64,000 bases of DNA from Lingula anatina (GCA_051362555.1 CM120646.1:23746001-23810000); one strand, 5' to 3'; numbered from the stretch's first letter, positions 1 through 15,086 are shown. Notes: a model not told the origin generated them from the sequence alone. Translations and numbers: made by a program.

Positions 1-49
1 ATATTGTTAAAGTAGTCATTTTAATTATTTTAGTTATATAATCCATTAT

Positions 50-93
50 TGTAAGGCGCCTTGAGGTAGCATGTAAGGCGCCATATAAGAAGC

Positions 94-132
<39 letters not shown>
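50..132 (+). mobile_element. 3' end of an L2/CR1-like LINE or SINE with (TTA)n tail
   Basis: TGTAAGGCGCCTTGAG...AAGGCGCCATATAAG followed by about 16 TTA repeats, resembling L2-type 3' termini. Confidence 0.5.
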
Positions 133-137
<5 letters not shown>

Positions 138-579
138 GTTGACGTGCACTCTCCGTGCAGCTTGATGACTGTTGGTTTTCGGTGGAGCAAGTGCGTTCTT
201 GAGTACTCGGGTGATCCTGATGAAGACACACACATCTTCAAATGAAAAAAGAAACATATTTCCTATTGTAATACCTTTAAAATACCACAGAGGAGATAGG
301 AAAAGACGACCAGCAAGAATGCCCCAGAACTACCATGCGGTGTGTTGTGTGACACGTTTTCATATCATATACTCCATATTTCTACAAGTGTTCTCTGCTC
401 AAAATACCAAAAGAAAAAAGATTATCTTGGCATGCCGTTAAAGATCAGCCTCAACTTCGTGCCCACGGCTACACTCACGCGTAATTCCAGCTAACTTCAC
501 GTCTTACACTAAGTCACAAGACGCAGGCACAATCTTATCTCCTCCTTATTAATAACACTACATAGGCTACCTATCTTAA

Positions 580-894
580 AGGAATACAACTGTTCCTAAG
601 ATATTCATATTACACAATAAATACATTATAATAAATTGTATTTTACCACCAAAACGGCGGTTAACGCAATTATTCTGGAATTTTTGTGTTTGCCATCACA
701 TCACGTGACCTCCAAAGATGGCCACACTCTGTAATAATCTCTGAAGAGAATATTACAAAAAACAAACTTAAAAAAAAACAGGGATTTACTTTGAATGTCA
801 GAACGGATTCATTAACCATTGGTAAGTATGGGATAATTGTCCTTTACCCCAGGAAAATTCATTTTTTTGGCCAAAATGAACAGCTGTTACCCCT
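580..894. mobile_element. Kolobok-like MITE, copy 1
   Basis: TTAA on both sides (576-579, 895-898). Imperfect TIR AGGAATACAACTGTTC / GAACAGCTGTTACCCCT. Internal sequence is homologous to 26283-26618. Confidence 0.7.
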
Positions 895-1622
895 TTAAGG
901 TATCAGATATAGGCACTGACTTACTTGTCTTCAAAATACTGACCTACTTTAAAGTAACTACAAAACACACAGCACTTCCTCATTTTCATTCCAACCGCAA
1001 ACTGAAAGAACCTTGAGCAGAGATTTGTCCAATTGGTTTGTTACAGGTAAATATCTTTTCCTCACAAAAAGCAAATCAAATGTGAAAACAGAAGTACGAT
1101 GACGTATTCGAAAGCATGTCTAGTTTATAACAAGGAAACAAAGAGTAAAATGAAAGTAGAAACATCACGAAGGGGCGGATCCTAGCACTTTTTCTGACCC
1201 AGTTACATACACACAATAATCCCGGCCCAGTTACATACAATTATCATTTACCATCACCATCATCATTGTTATCATTATTATTATTATTATTATAAATTTG
1301 ACAAAATATTAACACCAGTAGTTAAAATTCAAAGGGAGGAATTTATTTAAATAGTGTATTTGTCAGAATATAATCTACAATGTAATATCATAAGGAAATA
1401 TGTAAGAAGCGAGGGGGCAGATGGGGGTGGGTCGTGAAAAATGCTGCGTCTTGTTAGCCTTGTGGTTGACTTGTCGAATGTTTGGACGACCGGACGTGAG
1501 AGTTAACGATTGTACTCGTGTACTTGAACGTCCAGTGGGAATTCAGAAGTTCAAATGAATATTGGAGTTCAGAAAAGAATATTGATATTTGGTACGTTCA
1601 GTACAAAGCGGCTGGTTTATTC

Positions 1623-1694
1623 CTTTATAAAAGTTGATCTTAGCCCTATTTTAAGGAACATCTTGGAATACGGGCCTAAAAAAAATTAAAAAAA

Positions 1695-1729
<35 letters not shown>

Positions 1730-3076
1730 AGTAAATCATTATAGAATGAAAATTGGGTGGAGACTTTGCTCTCGGAGTGACTTTGATGATTTTGAATTTA
1801 GGTAGGCATGTTGGTTTATATAGTCCTCCATGGAGCTGATTTTCACAAGAGAAATGTACACGATAGCTGCTTAAGGAAGACTAAAAGTTACTCCAGACCA
1901 ACCTTACATTTTAAGGAATCCTCAGCCGAAAATAAAGGAAATCTTTAAGCAAAGGCAGATTCTAGAAATGACCGATTCCTTTGCTAAGGATGATTGTTAA
2001 GTGATTCCTTTCAAGTGAGATATAGAAAGGTCTTGGAATACAAATGTTGTATAGGGCCGACTTTAAGTCTCCCTTAACGCTAAAGGGAGATTCTGGAATA
2101 CGAGCCTTAATTTTTGATTATTGATTGATTATTGATCCAGATCACCACCAAAAACTAATCATCTGTTCCTTGGCCCACTTGTGACAGTTTCTGAAAATTT
2201 TATCACAATCGGCGCATAACTTTTTGAGTTATTTGTGATTATTGATTATTGATTGATTTTTGATCTTGATCACCACCAAAAACTAACCACCTCTACGTTA
2301 ACCCATTTCTTACCCACCCTGAAAATTTCATAAAAATCGGTCCATAACTTTTTGAGTTTTTTTATTAATGGAAATTGATTGATTATTGATCTTGATCAGC
2401 ACCAAAAACTAATCACTTCTAATATAACCCATTTCGGACCTGCCCTGAAAATTTCATCAAAATCGGCCCGTAACTTTTTGAGTTATGTTGATGACAAACA
2501 AACAAACAAACAGACAGACAGACAGACAGACAAACAGTCAGACAGACAAACAAACAGGGATGAAAACAACCTCCTTGGCGGAAGTAATACATTTGATCGA
2601 GGATAAGCTTTTCTCTGTTGACTTGCATCAGTAGCTGCTATTTCAATATCAGAAAAGGGTCAAGACTTTGGTTTTCTCATCCTCCAAACCATTCTTTTCT
2701 CTTCTTGCCATACTTGCTTTATTCACTAAATTTGGCTTAGATTAAAACATCCACATGCAGTGATAATGTCCATATGCGCTGTTGCATGACTGAAGTTGAT
2801 CAGTTGACCCCAATTATACAACATTCTTGAGGCATTTTTAACGAGAAGGGTGTCACAAAGGCCTACTCTAACCAATAAGGAGCTCCTTTATGTCAGTGCC
2901 CCTTACCTAAAGGCTGACTTTTATCAAAGTAATTCCTTATCAAAGGAGAGGCTAAAGTGTGGTCTTAGACTACAATTTCGTTAGGCCTTTCTTTACCAAG
3001 GAACACCTCATCAAAGGAAGCCTTTATAAAAGTTGACCTTAGCCCAATTTTAAGGAACATCTTGGAATACGGGCCT
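1623..3076. repeat. Repeated transposon end fragments (possibly PIF/Harbinger-like)
   Basis: About 55-bp direct repeat CTTTATAAAAGTTGA.CTTAGCCC.ATTTTAAGGAACATCTTGGAATACGGGCCT at ~1623-1677 and ~3022-3076; a related end lies at ~2091-2107. Confidence 0.5.
2110..2589 (+). mobile_element. Helentron/HINE (Pearl/DINE-like) non-autonomous element
   Basis: Three ~130-bp core tandem repeats, an (ACAA)/(ACAG)n microsatellite and a terminal short palindrome ACCTCCTTGGCGGAAGTAA. Confidence 0.65.
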
Positions 3077-3131
3077 GGTACCCTCAACCAGGGCGGCAGA
3101 TATTATAGGTACATTTTCCAGGTTATGGCTG

Positions 3132-3554
3132 AATTGCGCAATACACTTGAAAAAAAAGTCCAGTTGCAAATACACAAAAGAAACAGTCATTCCCAACAAA
3201 GTAGAGTGATATAAAAAGCAAACTTTAATACTAGGTAAATCATATTAATATAACTTAACAAATCGACGAGACTTAAATACCGTCGTGTCAGCAACCATGT
3301 TGGCGAGTGGCTCTTTATGGAAATATTACCTGCCAAAAAGAGCCACTCGTCAACATGGCGGCCGACGCGACGATGAAAAATTCGTGCCGATTTGTTAAGT
3401 TGTACGAACGAAATTAAGTACTAAGTAATACATTTCACTTGTATATCACCCTATTTAGTTTGAAATTAACCTTTCGTGTGTTAAGTTGCAACTAGACTTG
3501 TTATTTCAAGCGTATTGCGCTGTGTTGCTCTGTATTGCGGTGTATTGCGCAATT
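3132..3554. mobile_element. Foldback/palindromic MITE
   Basis: Arms of about 200 bp are reverse complements, e.g. CCATGTTGGCGAGTGGCTCTTT / AAAGAGCCACTCGTCAACATGG and AATTGCGCAATACAC / GTGTATTGCGCAATT. Confidence 0.7.
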
Positions 3555-4785
3555 TAACTACACCGCATTTCTCATTGATTATGGACATCCAGGGGTGAAT
3601 CTAGGCACTTACTCTAACAGATTTTCAAATGCCTACACAATTGTGTAAAAAAGTGTGGCTTGATATGCCAGAATTGTTATTTGCGATATTTTAAGTGCAC
3701 TGCTACGGCATTTGTCGGATTAATACAAATGTGACTTCATATGACAAAATAGAAATATACCTTTCAATAAACAGGGCGAATTGTCTTACTCTCAGTGCAA
3801 TATGTATAGAAGAAATGTGATCGCCCGAAGACCACCAATAGCCGCGATAGTAAAGAAAAGTAGAGTTTCAATAATGATAATGAAATGATCGTTTGTTCCT
3901 TGTTCCTTTATCTAACTGTTGGCAATATTTTTATTGGTTTATAGATTTTGGGGATCCATGTCGCTGTGAATTTACGAAATTACCCTTCAAATATTGACAA
4001 TACGGCTAAAATGCGTATTTTCCGCACCTTTCGCTGACTAGAGCGCCCTCTATCAATATCACGGCCCATTGGTTTTATAGGACGCTCAGCCTCTTACTTT
4101 GTCCATCATAACCCAGTGTCAAACCAAGTATAGCTTGCAGAGGAAATAAAAGTTACTTTATATGTCTCCCATGAGGATCAGCGTCTAGTCTATATAGACA
4201 AATTCGGCTTTTAAGCTTTTTCGGCTTTAAAAAGCCATAGGGATCTGCGCTGACTAACTGATCTTCCAGGAAGTCGAGCAGAGGGCGCACGTCAATGCAC
4301 GTCAATGTACGACCACCTTTTCAACCGACAAACCGAAATTTTCCTTCTTGACCTCTAAGTCGCGTCGGTGTCGAAGAAATGGCACGAAAAATAGTATACG
4401 TTTTCATCGTACGGCCTCCGTGTCAAATGTAGGCTTGAGACGCATATTTATAGGGCGATAAAGTTTGTTACCGGACTATTTGGCGGATTGTCGGACTATT
4501 TGGCGGCGGATTGATCATATGATGTGCAAAGTTTGTTTTCTCACTATACCTCATCGCCATTAAAAAATACATTAGATTGACAAAGCCCTTGAGTAGTGAT
4601 TCACATGATATAACCGATTTGTATATTACAGGTAGGCCTATTTATCTTTTCATTAACATATCGTATACCTTAATCGTTATTATATCCAAGAACGGGCAAA
4701 ACAAATGTAAAAAACAGAAATTTGAAGACGTTTTTGTATTCATGCTTAGGCGGCAAGGTTAAAATGAAAGTGGCGACATTGGTTG

Positions 4786-7700
4786 TAGTCCAGGAATTTG
4801 GTGAAAAATTGTGCATTTTTTACCTACAAGCATGAAATTTGGCACACTTATGGACAATGAAATTCTAAGCAAATTTGGATATATGGGCATGTCTGAAAAT
4901 TCCAAAATGGCCGTCAAATCCAAGATGGCCGCCAAAATACCTTTTCAAATTAAAACTTCAAGTACATAGTCTTCTTATATCATATAAAGGTTAGAAAACA
5001 CCATGGTATAAATCCTTCAGGTGTATAAAATCCAAAATGGCCGCCAAAAGTAAAAAAGCAGACCATTTATTCAAGATATCCATTTGAATGGTGAATTAAT
5101 CATGCACTTAAAACTACAAGCAAAAGTTTGGCACATTTGTGGAAAATGAAATTCTGAGAAAGTTTGGATGTATGGGCATGTCCGAAAATTAAAAAATGGC
5201 CGCCAAATCCAAGATGGCCTCCAAAAATACAGCTTCTAATTAAATCTTCAAGTATATAGTCTTTAAAGGGCTTAAATATCATATAAAGGTTAAAAAACAC
5301 CACAGTATGAATTCTGCATCCATATCTGCTTCTTTAGGTGCATTAAATCCAAAATGGCCGCCAATAGTAAAAAGCACTCTACTAATCCAAGATATCCAGC
5401 ATAGTGGTGAATTCATCAAAAACTACAAGCATGGCATTTGGCACAGTTGTAAAACGGGATTCCAAGCACTTTTGGATATATGGCCATGTCTAAAAATTCC
5501 AATATATGGCCCCCAAATCCAATATGGCCACCACACATACCCGTTCAAATTAAAACTTCAAGTATATAATCCTATAATAGCTTAAGATAACATTTTATGG
5601 TTAAACAAAACTATGGTATGCATGAAGTATCAATATTTGCTTCTTTAGGTGTATAGAAATCCAAAATGGCCTCCAAAAATTAGAAAACAGACCACTCACA
5701 GCAGCAGTGTGGTGAAGTCATCATGCATTTAAAACTACAAGCATGAAAATTGGCACAATTGTAGAGAACAGGATTCTAAGCAATTTTTTATATAGGGACA
5801 TGTCTGAAAATTCTAATATGACCACTAAAACCCTTTGAAAGTAAAAATTCTACTTCATTATCTGACTTATAACAATCTTTAATCTTTTTTCATTTGAAAA
5901 CAGAGCTCAGTTTAGATGAATTATCAAAAACCGCTCCTTTAGCAGGGGCGGATTTAGACCGTCTTCAAGGTCTTCCGGAAGACGATAAGATTTTCAAGTT
6001 TATTAATTTTTTTCTGTCAAAAGACAGTCAAAAATGGAGGATGGATCAACAAAGATAATTTGGAAGACTGTCAGAAAATGTCTCTGGATCCGCCCCTGTT
6101 TAGTTACATTAAGATCCAAATGACCATAAAAAGTGGAACAGGACTCCTTTTGGTCCAGTTGTGACACCACATGCAGCAATTATGTAAATGCCAAGGATAT
6201 GAAAATATCAAGGTATTTTCACAAATAGGTTTTCAAGTAGGTGTTGCACATTTTATGGGCGATCAACCTATTACTTTAGTAAATGGACAATATCTCAACA
6301 GAGGATAACAGCTAGCTACACCGAAATTTCTACATATTTGGTTGAATAATTTTCATTCATTTATGTGTGCCTAGCTTTAGTTGTGTTTCCCTCAGCTTTC
6401 CCAGAATTTGCCTAAAGCTATTGCTTCTACATGCAATCCACTTTCCCCAACAAAATACCAAGAGGCATTGGTCATTTTTAACACCAGAAAGCATCAGTTT
6501 ACATGCATGAGGGGCAATAAGAATATGAAAGTGTGGTAGGGCATATAAGTACATGTAGGCTACTAGTGTGAACCCATATAGGACCAGTCTTCCAGTGCTT
6601 CTGACTCCCCTCACCACAGTTAGCAATTGCACACATAACTACAAACAAATGTGGTAGGAGCTACCTGCGAAAGGTAAGTTTTGTTATCTGGGTAAGTGAA
6701 TACTCCCCATGGCTTCATTCTGGATTGTCCCACAGAGTCAATGATGCCGGAAATCTCGAATTTTTACCTTTCAAAGTCCATATTGCACTAATTTCTTGGT
6801 ATAGTTCTCAGAATACACCCTGGATTTTTGAAGCTTTATATGTATTAACTTTCTGAAGCATTTTAATTCCATATTATCATGTTCAGTTATTTGAAAGTAT
6901 GAGTTTGTAACTAAACAAGTCGCCGAATGATCAAATGAAAACCAAAGTTTGGCGCCTACCAGTACTTCTTTTTAGTGCACGAAGTTTGAAGCCTGCAATG
7001 CAACTCTTGGATACAGCACATATCAACACCTGCCCTCTGTTTATTTCTTTGCTCGTAAATTTTCACTAAATTCTAGGTAGCCATTACTGCAAATGTACTA
7101 AATCCATTTCTTGAAATTAGAAGCTTTTCTAATTTACTTTTGAAGCACAAGATAACATCATAAGATTACCGAGTGCAAATGTGCCCCTGCTTTTAGTACT
7201 TTATGAATGCACTACACCAAATTGTTGAGACTGTATGTTTGATTAGCTGTCATTTTTGTTATATTTGTGAGCATTTGATGAAGCGCCATGCACTGAGCTA
7301 GCTGAAGAATCATAACCAACAGACAAAATTGGTACACCCCAAGCTTTTTTTTTATATTTGCCTCTTTGAGGCTAAGTTATTTTTGTGTTTCTTTCACATT
7401 TTATGGATTTTGCACGATACTTTTTTTTCTTAGAAAGGGGGAGTTGCCCATGAGTGCCATATAAGTAGATCGCTAACTGGGAATTGGTCTAAATGAGAAT
7501 CCAGAGCAAAAAGCCAAACTACTTATTTTGGTTTAGCAAAAGAAGGACTGTTTTCAGTACATAATAAATGTATCATGCTTGATGCTTTTTTACAAACTCT
7601 GCAGAATAGCTCCTGCACAAGTAGGAATATGCTGATTATACAGGTAGTTGCAAAGCCCACGTGCCTTTTCACGAGTGATTACAATTCAATACTTGTGGCC

Positions 7701-8325
7701 CACTGACTTTTGGAGGCCATTTTGGAATTTTAAAACCTAAAATGGCAGATACTGATGCTACATACATACTATGGTATTTTTAACCATTAGATGATATTTT
7801 CATCAAAGACTATACAAATAACTTTAACCTTGAAAGGGTATTTTGGGGGCAATATTGAAATTGACTGCCATATTGGAATTTTCAGACATGCCCCTATATC
7901 CAATGTTGCTTAGAATCATGTTCTCCACAACTGTGCCAATTGTTATGCTTGTAATTGTAAGTGCTTGATGATTTCACAAAACTACTGCATATTTTGAGTA
8001 AGTAGACTGCTTATTTTACTTTTGGAGACCATTTTGGAATTCTATACACATGTAGAAGCGGATATTGATAATTCATTCATAGCATGATATTTTCCAGCAA
8101 TAAAATGATATTTTAAACCATTATAGGACTATATATTAGAGGTTTTCATTGAAAAGAGTATTTGTGGCGGCCATATTGGATTTGGCGGCCATATTGGAAT
8201 TTCCAGACATGCCCATATATCCAAAATTGCTTAGAATTTCATTTTCTACCACTGTGCCAAATTTCATGCTTGTAGGTAAAAAAATGCACAATTCACCCTT
8301 TTTTCTGCACCAAATTCTTGGACTA
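4786..8325. mobile_element. Academ-like non-autonomous DNA transposon
   Basis: TAGTCCAGGAATTTGGTG ... CACCAAATTCTTGGACTA termini (TAG..CTA). 3-bp TSD TTG (4783-85, 8326-28). About 300-bp subterminal tandem repeats, inverted at the two ends. Confidence 0.75.
5943..6098. mobile_element. hAT5-like MITE nested in the Academ-like element
   Basis: TIR CAGGGGCGGAT / ATCCGCCCCTG and 5-bp TSD TTTAG. Confidence 0.75.
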
Positions 8326-8689
8326 TTGTGGACATCCTTAGGCGGACTCAGGCACTTTTTCTAACAGACTTCTAAATCCCGAAACAATTATGTACAACAA
8401 TTGTGATTTATTTTCATCATCATCATCATTTTAATTAAATTACATTTGAAAAATTATTAATAAGTTGGAATTTAAAAGGAGTAATCTATTAGAAAAAATG
8501 TAGTTGCCTTTGAAATATAAGTCAAAGGGTATTATATGAAATCCTTTTACTAAATAAGCATGCTTGAAGCAACAAAGATCAAAGCTGGACACACTACAGT
8601 GTAAGAACTTCGCGTAGCACAAATTGTTGCTATACTCAGTTGTCTCGTCTGCTATCATTGTGAAGAACCCAACTGTTTACCCTTTTTGC

Positions 8690-8972
8690 AATACTTACGT
8701 TACTATTATGCATGATGACTTTGTATGCATCTTTAAACATGCACTCATAATGCAGTTAGAATACACTTCGAATGCAATTCGATATTTCTCCACCTGGAAT
8801 GCACTTCGAATGTTTTGAGCATGCACTACATTCGTACTGGACACAAGAATGGACCCATATATTTGGAATACACTTAGAAGTATTAGAACACTCTTCAAAA
8901 ATCAAGGAATATACAAAGAATTTTGATTTCGACGACATTCTAGCTCATCCCGCCTCTTGTGTGACTAGGGTA
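8690..8972 (-). mobile_element. Fragment of the Harbinger-like family also seen at 10321 and 10640
   Basis: Homologous to 11560-11904 (GAATGCACTTCGAA...ATATTTGGAAT...GTGTGAC end). Confidence 0.6.
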
Positions 8973-9301
8973 TTGTTATCTGTGTGGTGCAAAGTATGTT
9001 TATGTTCTAATTCGTTACACTCAAACGAACATAAAATATTTATAGTATAAACACAGACACGGTGTTAGGGGCGGAAGGGCTCTTTTCGTTCCGTGTGCTT
9101 TATTTCCGGTTGAACGTATTATAATAAAGTCAGTCATTGGTGAAAATTGAATTCCATATATTCTTGCAATTATTATTACTATTATTATTAATATATCTGA
9201 ACAAACTTTGAACAAAACAACAAAATCAAATATCTATAAAACGAAAATCGTCTTTAAAAAAAATAATAAAATAGTAATTATAATGATCAGTTCTTGAGTA
9301 T

Positions 9302-9345
<44 letters not shown>

Positions 9346-9461
9346 AAACTCAATCTTGCTTTATCTTCTGCTGTCCTTTAGAACCAGGATCCGAACTGAA
9401 AATTTGAAACAGTTTAATATGAAACAAAACATTCAAAAGCTTGAACTAAGACCAAAGCTAA

Positions 9462-9980
9462 TTTTTATGTACAGACACATATGTGTCTCTACATATTGCC
9501 ATCACCTGCGTCTGTCGTCGCCGTCGCCGTCGCCGTCGCCGTGCACTCTCCTTGTAAACACGACAAGTGGATGGCAGTTTTACTTTTTGGCTTTATATTT
9601 ACAGAGCAGATGAATATTCATAAAACGCAGATCAAGTTCGAAAATCAGCATGATCGTGCCATTATTGTATAAGTTATGCTGTTTTTTCACTTTTTAAGCA
9701 TATATGCAACACTGTAAACATATTTCAAGGAAAACCGATAAGCCTGTTGTCATAAAACTCACAGGAGTAATCAATCTTACTAAAACGCAGGTTAAGTTCG
9801 AAAATTGGCATGATCGGGCCACTGTTTTAGTAGTTATGCTGATTTTTTTTTGTCCTTTTTCAGTATATATGCAACACTGTAAACACACTATAAGAAAAGC
9901 AGATCGGCCAATTGTAATTAAATTCACAGGAGTGGTCAATCTTACTAAAATGCAGGTTGAGTTTGAAAATTAGCATATTT
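9462..9980. mobile_element. Helentron/HINE-like element with ~170-bp core repeats
   Basis: (GTCGCC)n microsatellite near one end and three ~170-bp tandem units (TAAAACGCAG.T.AAGTTCGAAAAT..GCATGATCG). Confidence 0.55.
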
Positions 9981-10639
9981 AAACAAACGAACTTATAGCA
10001 GTTTTTTAATTGATAAAAGTAAAAATCCTTCAAAATTGGGTGGGTGGGAGGGAATTATAAACATTCTCTGCTTGCATCACGGAAAGCGAAAGAGCCTTCG
10101 AAAGACCCAACTCTAAAATCTGCTTTTCCTCATCACCTTCTATTTGATAACACTACTCGAGTGACCAGTCACATGATATTAACACTACTCGGACCATACT
10201 TGACCGTTCACACAAAAACTTATCACGTGTCTGCGTACCCACAACAAATATATGTATATAATTACAGCTTCCCTCGCCCTCCGGCTTGTATTGCCTTTAT
10301 TGCTAGCAAGTGCTTGGTAATACCCCCGTCACACTATAGGCCGAATGAGCAAGAATGCCGTCGGAAAGACAATTCTTTGTGCTTTTCCTGGATATTCGAA
10401 GAGCATTCTAAAAATTCCGAGTGCATTCCAAATATTTTTACCCATTCATGTGGCATCCCGAAGGTTTTTCTCATGTTAAAAACTTTCGAAGTGCATTCCA
10501 AGTGAAAAATTATCAAATGGCATTTGAACAGTATTCTAACTGCACTATGACTGCATTCTAAATGTTCTCACGGCATTCCGACAGCATTATAAACATTCTG
10601 ATAACATAAGAAGAAGATTCGAAATGGCAAGTGACTTAA

Positions 10640-11904
10640 AGCCCCCGTCACACTTATTCGAAATCAGTAAAAATGAAGCAGAACCAGCCGGAATTACTGA
10701 ATTTAAAAATTCGTGCCATATTCGGGAGGGAAATTAAAATTAATTATATTCTTATTCGTTTCACTTAATCGCATATAAATCATTTATTGTCTAATAACTC
10801 GCAACGAAAACACCAACCACCGTTTCCAATTCAAATCATTTATTTCGTTAACCCTTGCTATGAGCTGTTGTTTGCTTGGCTGCGTTTCAGGATGCGTACA
10901 TACCACGCATTGATTGTCCTTCACAAACTCTCCGACTATAACCATTTACCAACTTCTCTTATTTCCTCTACTTCTGCTATTTTCTTTCCCTTCTTTTCTT
11001 TTTCTTTCTTTCCCTTTTTTTATACACTTTATATTTTTCAACCACATTTTATATATTTCAATAAAATTTTTCGTTCCATATTTGAACTGTTTCATTCTTA
11101 TATATATATTACCGAATGTGTAAATGCCCAGAATTTACTGTACATCAGAAACTACCATTTTCTAATGTCTTATCACAACTACTATCTCTTCTTTGTTACC
11201 AATTTTGTACATTTTACACTGATCGATGTTTTCTTTATTAATCATAAATAGTACTAAGCAAATACCCTTTAATACTCCAACTTATCACAACTGTTCCCTT
11301 TTTTGCCTTCTCTGATATATTACTTTCTTGACTAACTTCTATACCATTTAAAATATTCTTTGTCTTATATTTGCGATTTACTTGGACCCGACGCAGCAAG
11401 CTGAAACAGCCTCGGATGAAATATGCTCATCTCACATTTCCTTTTATACTATTGCGCAATGCACAATCTGCGCATGTCAAACTCCCCGCCCTATGAACTC
11501 ATTTCCTCACCTGAATTGCTTCTCTAACACATTTTACGTTGACTCGTTAAACGACAATAAATTCATTTAAAATTGTCATAAAACATTACGGCTTTGTAAG
11601 AATGCCTCTGGAATACTAAGAATGCACATCGAAGCCACCTGGAATGATTCTTGCACATTCCAGGTATATTACCTCTCAAATGCAGCTCGAATGTAGTTGG
11701 AATATTGTAGGCATATTGCAAATGTTGGAATGCACTTCGAAAGTTCTTGACATGACAAAAACTTTCGAGTCGGCCACAAGAATGGGTAAAAATATTTGGA
11801 ATGCACTCAAAATTTTTAGAATGCTCTTCGAATAATCTGGAATGCACAAAGAATTGTATTTTCGACTTCATTCTTAATCATTCCTTCTCTAGTGTGACGG
11901 GATA
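10640..11904. mobile_element. PIF/Harbinger-like element B, inverted same-family copy nested in A
   Basis: AGCCCCCGTCACACT ... AGTGTGACGGGATA, with TAA at 10637-39 and 11905-07. 11720-11900 is the reverse-complement homolog of 10330-10500. Confidence 0.7.
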
Positions 11905-14900
11905 TAAAATCCCGCCAGAATGTTTCGAATGTGCCTCGGATGAGCTGAAAAATTAATTTTGCCAGCAATCGAACGACACTAGTACGCCATTCAAAGTATA
12001 TTCTAAATATTCTGACTGCCTTCTGACAGCATTATAGCTATTCCTAGTTTTCCAACTACATTCGAACTGCATTTGAGAGCTAAAACAGCCGAAAGTGCAC
12101 TTATCATTCCAGGCAAATTCAAGCGCATTCTGAGTATTCCAACGGTACTCTTACAATAATTAAGGTCAATTTAAACTTTTTTCCGAATGTGGTGCGAACT
12201 TTTAAAATTCTTCACCCAGACCTTGGACCTAAGCCCAGACTCATTCTTCTTAATTCCTGCTGATTCCAATAACCTTGCGCGCGTTATACGTCACAGGTCT
12301 TGCGTAACTACCCACGTGCTACGATTTTTCCCTTGGGGGGGCAGCAAGCGGACATTTTGTACAGGAGCAATGCAAAGATGGGTGAAAACGATACGTTGTT
12401 TTTAACCGAAGACGATGTCCCCGGGGCGAAACTGCCAACACCGAAAGTAAAGGAGCATACCAACGTTGTTTTCAAACGATGTGGTTAGCCTGTCAGTGGC
12501 GAGTTGGGGAGAAAAGAGCAGCACTGATAGCAAGGTTGGGCCTACTGTGTACACGTGAACCGGCAAAGTTAATGATAATTTCATGTTGCAAAAGCATAAT
12601 TAAATCAGTTAGTTATTTTCCAAACGATATTATTTGAATAGCAGATACATAGATCAAACTAAAAACAATAAAAATTTTTGATGACATTGAAAATCAAAAC
12701 CTGCGGTGCACGATAGGTTGAGGAGGACACTGCCACTGCAAGTAATGCATGAATTTTGTTACATAACACCATATGCTTGTGTCGTTGTTAACTCTGTGGT
12801 ATTATTACTGCTCAAATTAATACCTGATATTATTTCTCAGGCTACCAAGTACAAATCAACTTATTTTGTGGCAATTGACCTCCATGTTCCATCATGTGTG
12901 CAGACTGTTTATTATTATTATTATTATTATTTGTTCATGCACATTTGATAAAGTGGCTATGCTTTAACAAGAGAAAGTCAAAATTTATGCTGAAGTTTAA
13001 AAGATTAAATTATCAGTAGTATGTACAATTAAAGCTATTTGATTATGCATATTTGATTTTCAATTATCTTGATTATGATATGAGGTTTCTGCCTTTTTCT
13101 CTTGCCCTCAAATCAATGTATAACAAGTAAATTGATAGTGCTTTATTACAGTTTTGGCTTTATACTTTCAGATGTAAAACTGTGTAGCTGTTGGTAAAGC
13201 TGTAGAGATTGATGTGAGCATAGATCAGGGGAAATGGTATTAGAGAAACTAGGAGGACAAGACATAATGTACTAGTAGATCCATCATCACAGCAAGGGTA
13301 GATGGTGTGATCTTGTCCCTGAAGCTGTGCCACAAGTTTTCAACTGGTTGAGTCCTTACTAAGACAAGCTGCTGTGGTGTGAATCGCAATATGTACATTC
13401 AGCTTATACGTGACAGATTTATGACAAAAGAGACCTTCACAATATACTTACTAAGGAGTTATTCTTGCATCTATGCCTCATCAAAAGTACACAGTTACAG
13501 TGACTAGAGCATTGTCTGCAAATAGTGAGGCAGTGAAGGCTGCAAGGTGCAATTGTTTTTCAGTATTAAGAATGACAGTATCTGTTTTTTTATTTATATA
13601 TTTATTTTTTATTATTCATTTTAAATGGGAAGGAGACTCACTTTGTTCTTTCTATGCCCATTCAGTTAAGGGTTGGTGGCAATATATGGTAAATCTGTCA
13701 TGCCTGTATGTAGAATTTCTCTTGCTCAAATTTCTACATTTATTGAATGCATTATGAAGTTTCCTGACTGATTAATGAGGTTACTTGTAGAAATATCTTG
13801 CCTACACACATTTTGTGATATTTTTACTACTTTATACATATGATTAATATTTTATTCACATTTCATCAGTGGTGTGTGAAAGGTATTTGCATTTTAGAAC
13901 TGTAGATCTGTGTACCAGCAGGGTTATACTGCAGTAATATATGTTAATGTTTCTAAAAATAAGCTTCATGTTTGATAATTAATTGGTTTGAAATAAATAA
14001 ATAACCCAAATAAAATCAATCCATTTTAAATTTCACATAATCTGTTTTTATTATTTCTTCTAAGCATTTAATCATAACATCTCCCATCGTTATACTGTTA
14101 TTGTGTAATAACATTGAAAGTTTCCAAGTTTTTATTAACAGGTTGATGCTAACGTATTACAAATAAATATAAGCATCAAAGCATATTTCCTTACTCAAAT
14201 GTAGCAAACGTACCACTGGCATAATACCGGTAATGATACAGGTAAAGATGACAGCATTGATAACTGGGTTTTCAGCAATGTTAGTGCAGCATGGTTGCAT
14301 GGCTAGTGTCAGATTGTTATCTGATAAAGTTTGCTACTAGTACCTAGGAACAAAAGGTCTGGCACTTGACAATCAAGTTGATAAAATCACAAAACGTCTG
14401 TAGAAAATAGTGCATACCTGCCCACAATTGATTTGTTCAGATTCTTGACTAAGGGGTGCGTTACTGGTGTCAAGGGCCAAGACTTGAACTTAGGGGTTTG
14501 GCATGTCACTGGACATTCTTCTCGATTTCTGCCCAAATCTAATAAAGCCTCAGTTGCTTAACTTTCGCCAAATTTCCAATATCTACAGGTCGTGTTGTTT
14601 AATCTCTGGTCTCTTCTCTGGCGGCGGTTAATTGGGGACACCTGTGCGGCCTGTCAACGCACCAAGACCCACTTTTGCCAGTGCCACATTTTCCATTGCC
14701 GTAAATATCAGATTTGTGAAAAGAATGAGGAATAATGACAGTTATGAAAAATGTTTGGAAGTACCTGCCACCTTCGCCACAGTATCCACATGGGCTGTGC
14801 TGCCCTCCCACAGATCAGATCAGAAGTTTATTGACAATCGCCCTACATCCGGGCATGATCAAATACAAATACAAGAAGTAATCCGCAGAGTGATTACCAT

Positions 14901-15086
14901 ATACAGTTTGATATACATTATATATAATGTCTATACTAAAGCAGGGAAAGTACATGTACTACTCAATAAAGATCAATATAGGGATAATTTAAAAAAAAAA
15001 CTGATTCAACTAGAATAGGCTACACTAAACCTTATATTAAACTAACTATTATTTAGGGGGATATGAAAACTGCATCGTCAGTTAAT

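Noticed and set aside
6100-7650. Transposase remnants inside the Academ-like element
   Set aside because: Too degraded to support a call by eye.
10787-11251. 154-aa hydrophobic ORF
   Set aside because: Low-complexity T-rich sequence inside element B; no motifs.
8624-11871. Several similar ORFs (FEEHSKN.ECIPNIFTHSCG)
   Set aside because: Chance frames in copies of a non-autonomous Harbinger-like element.
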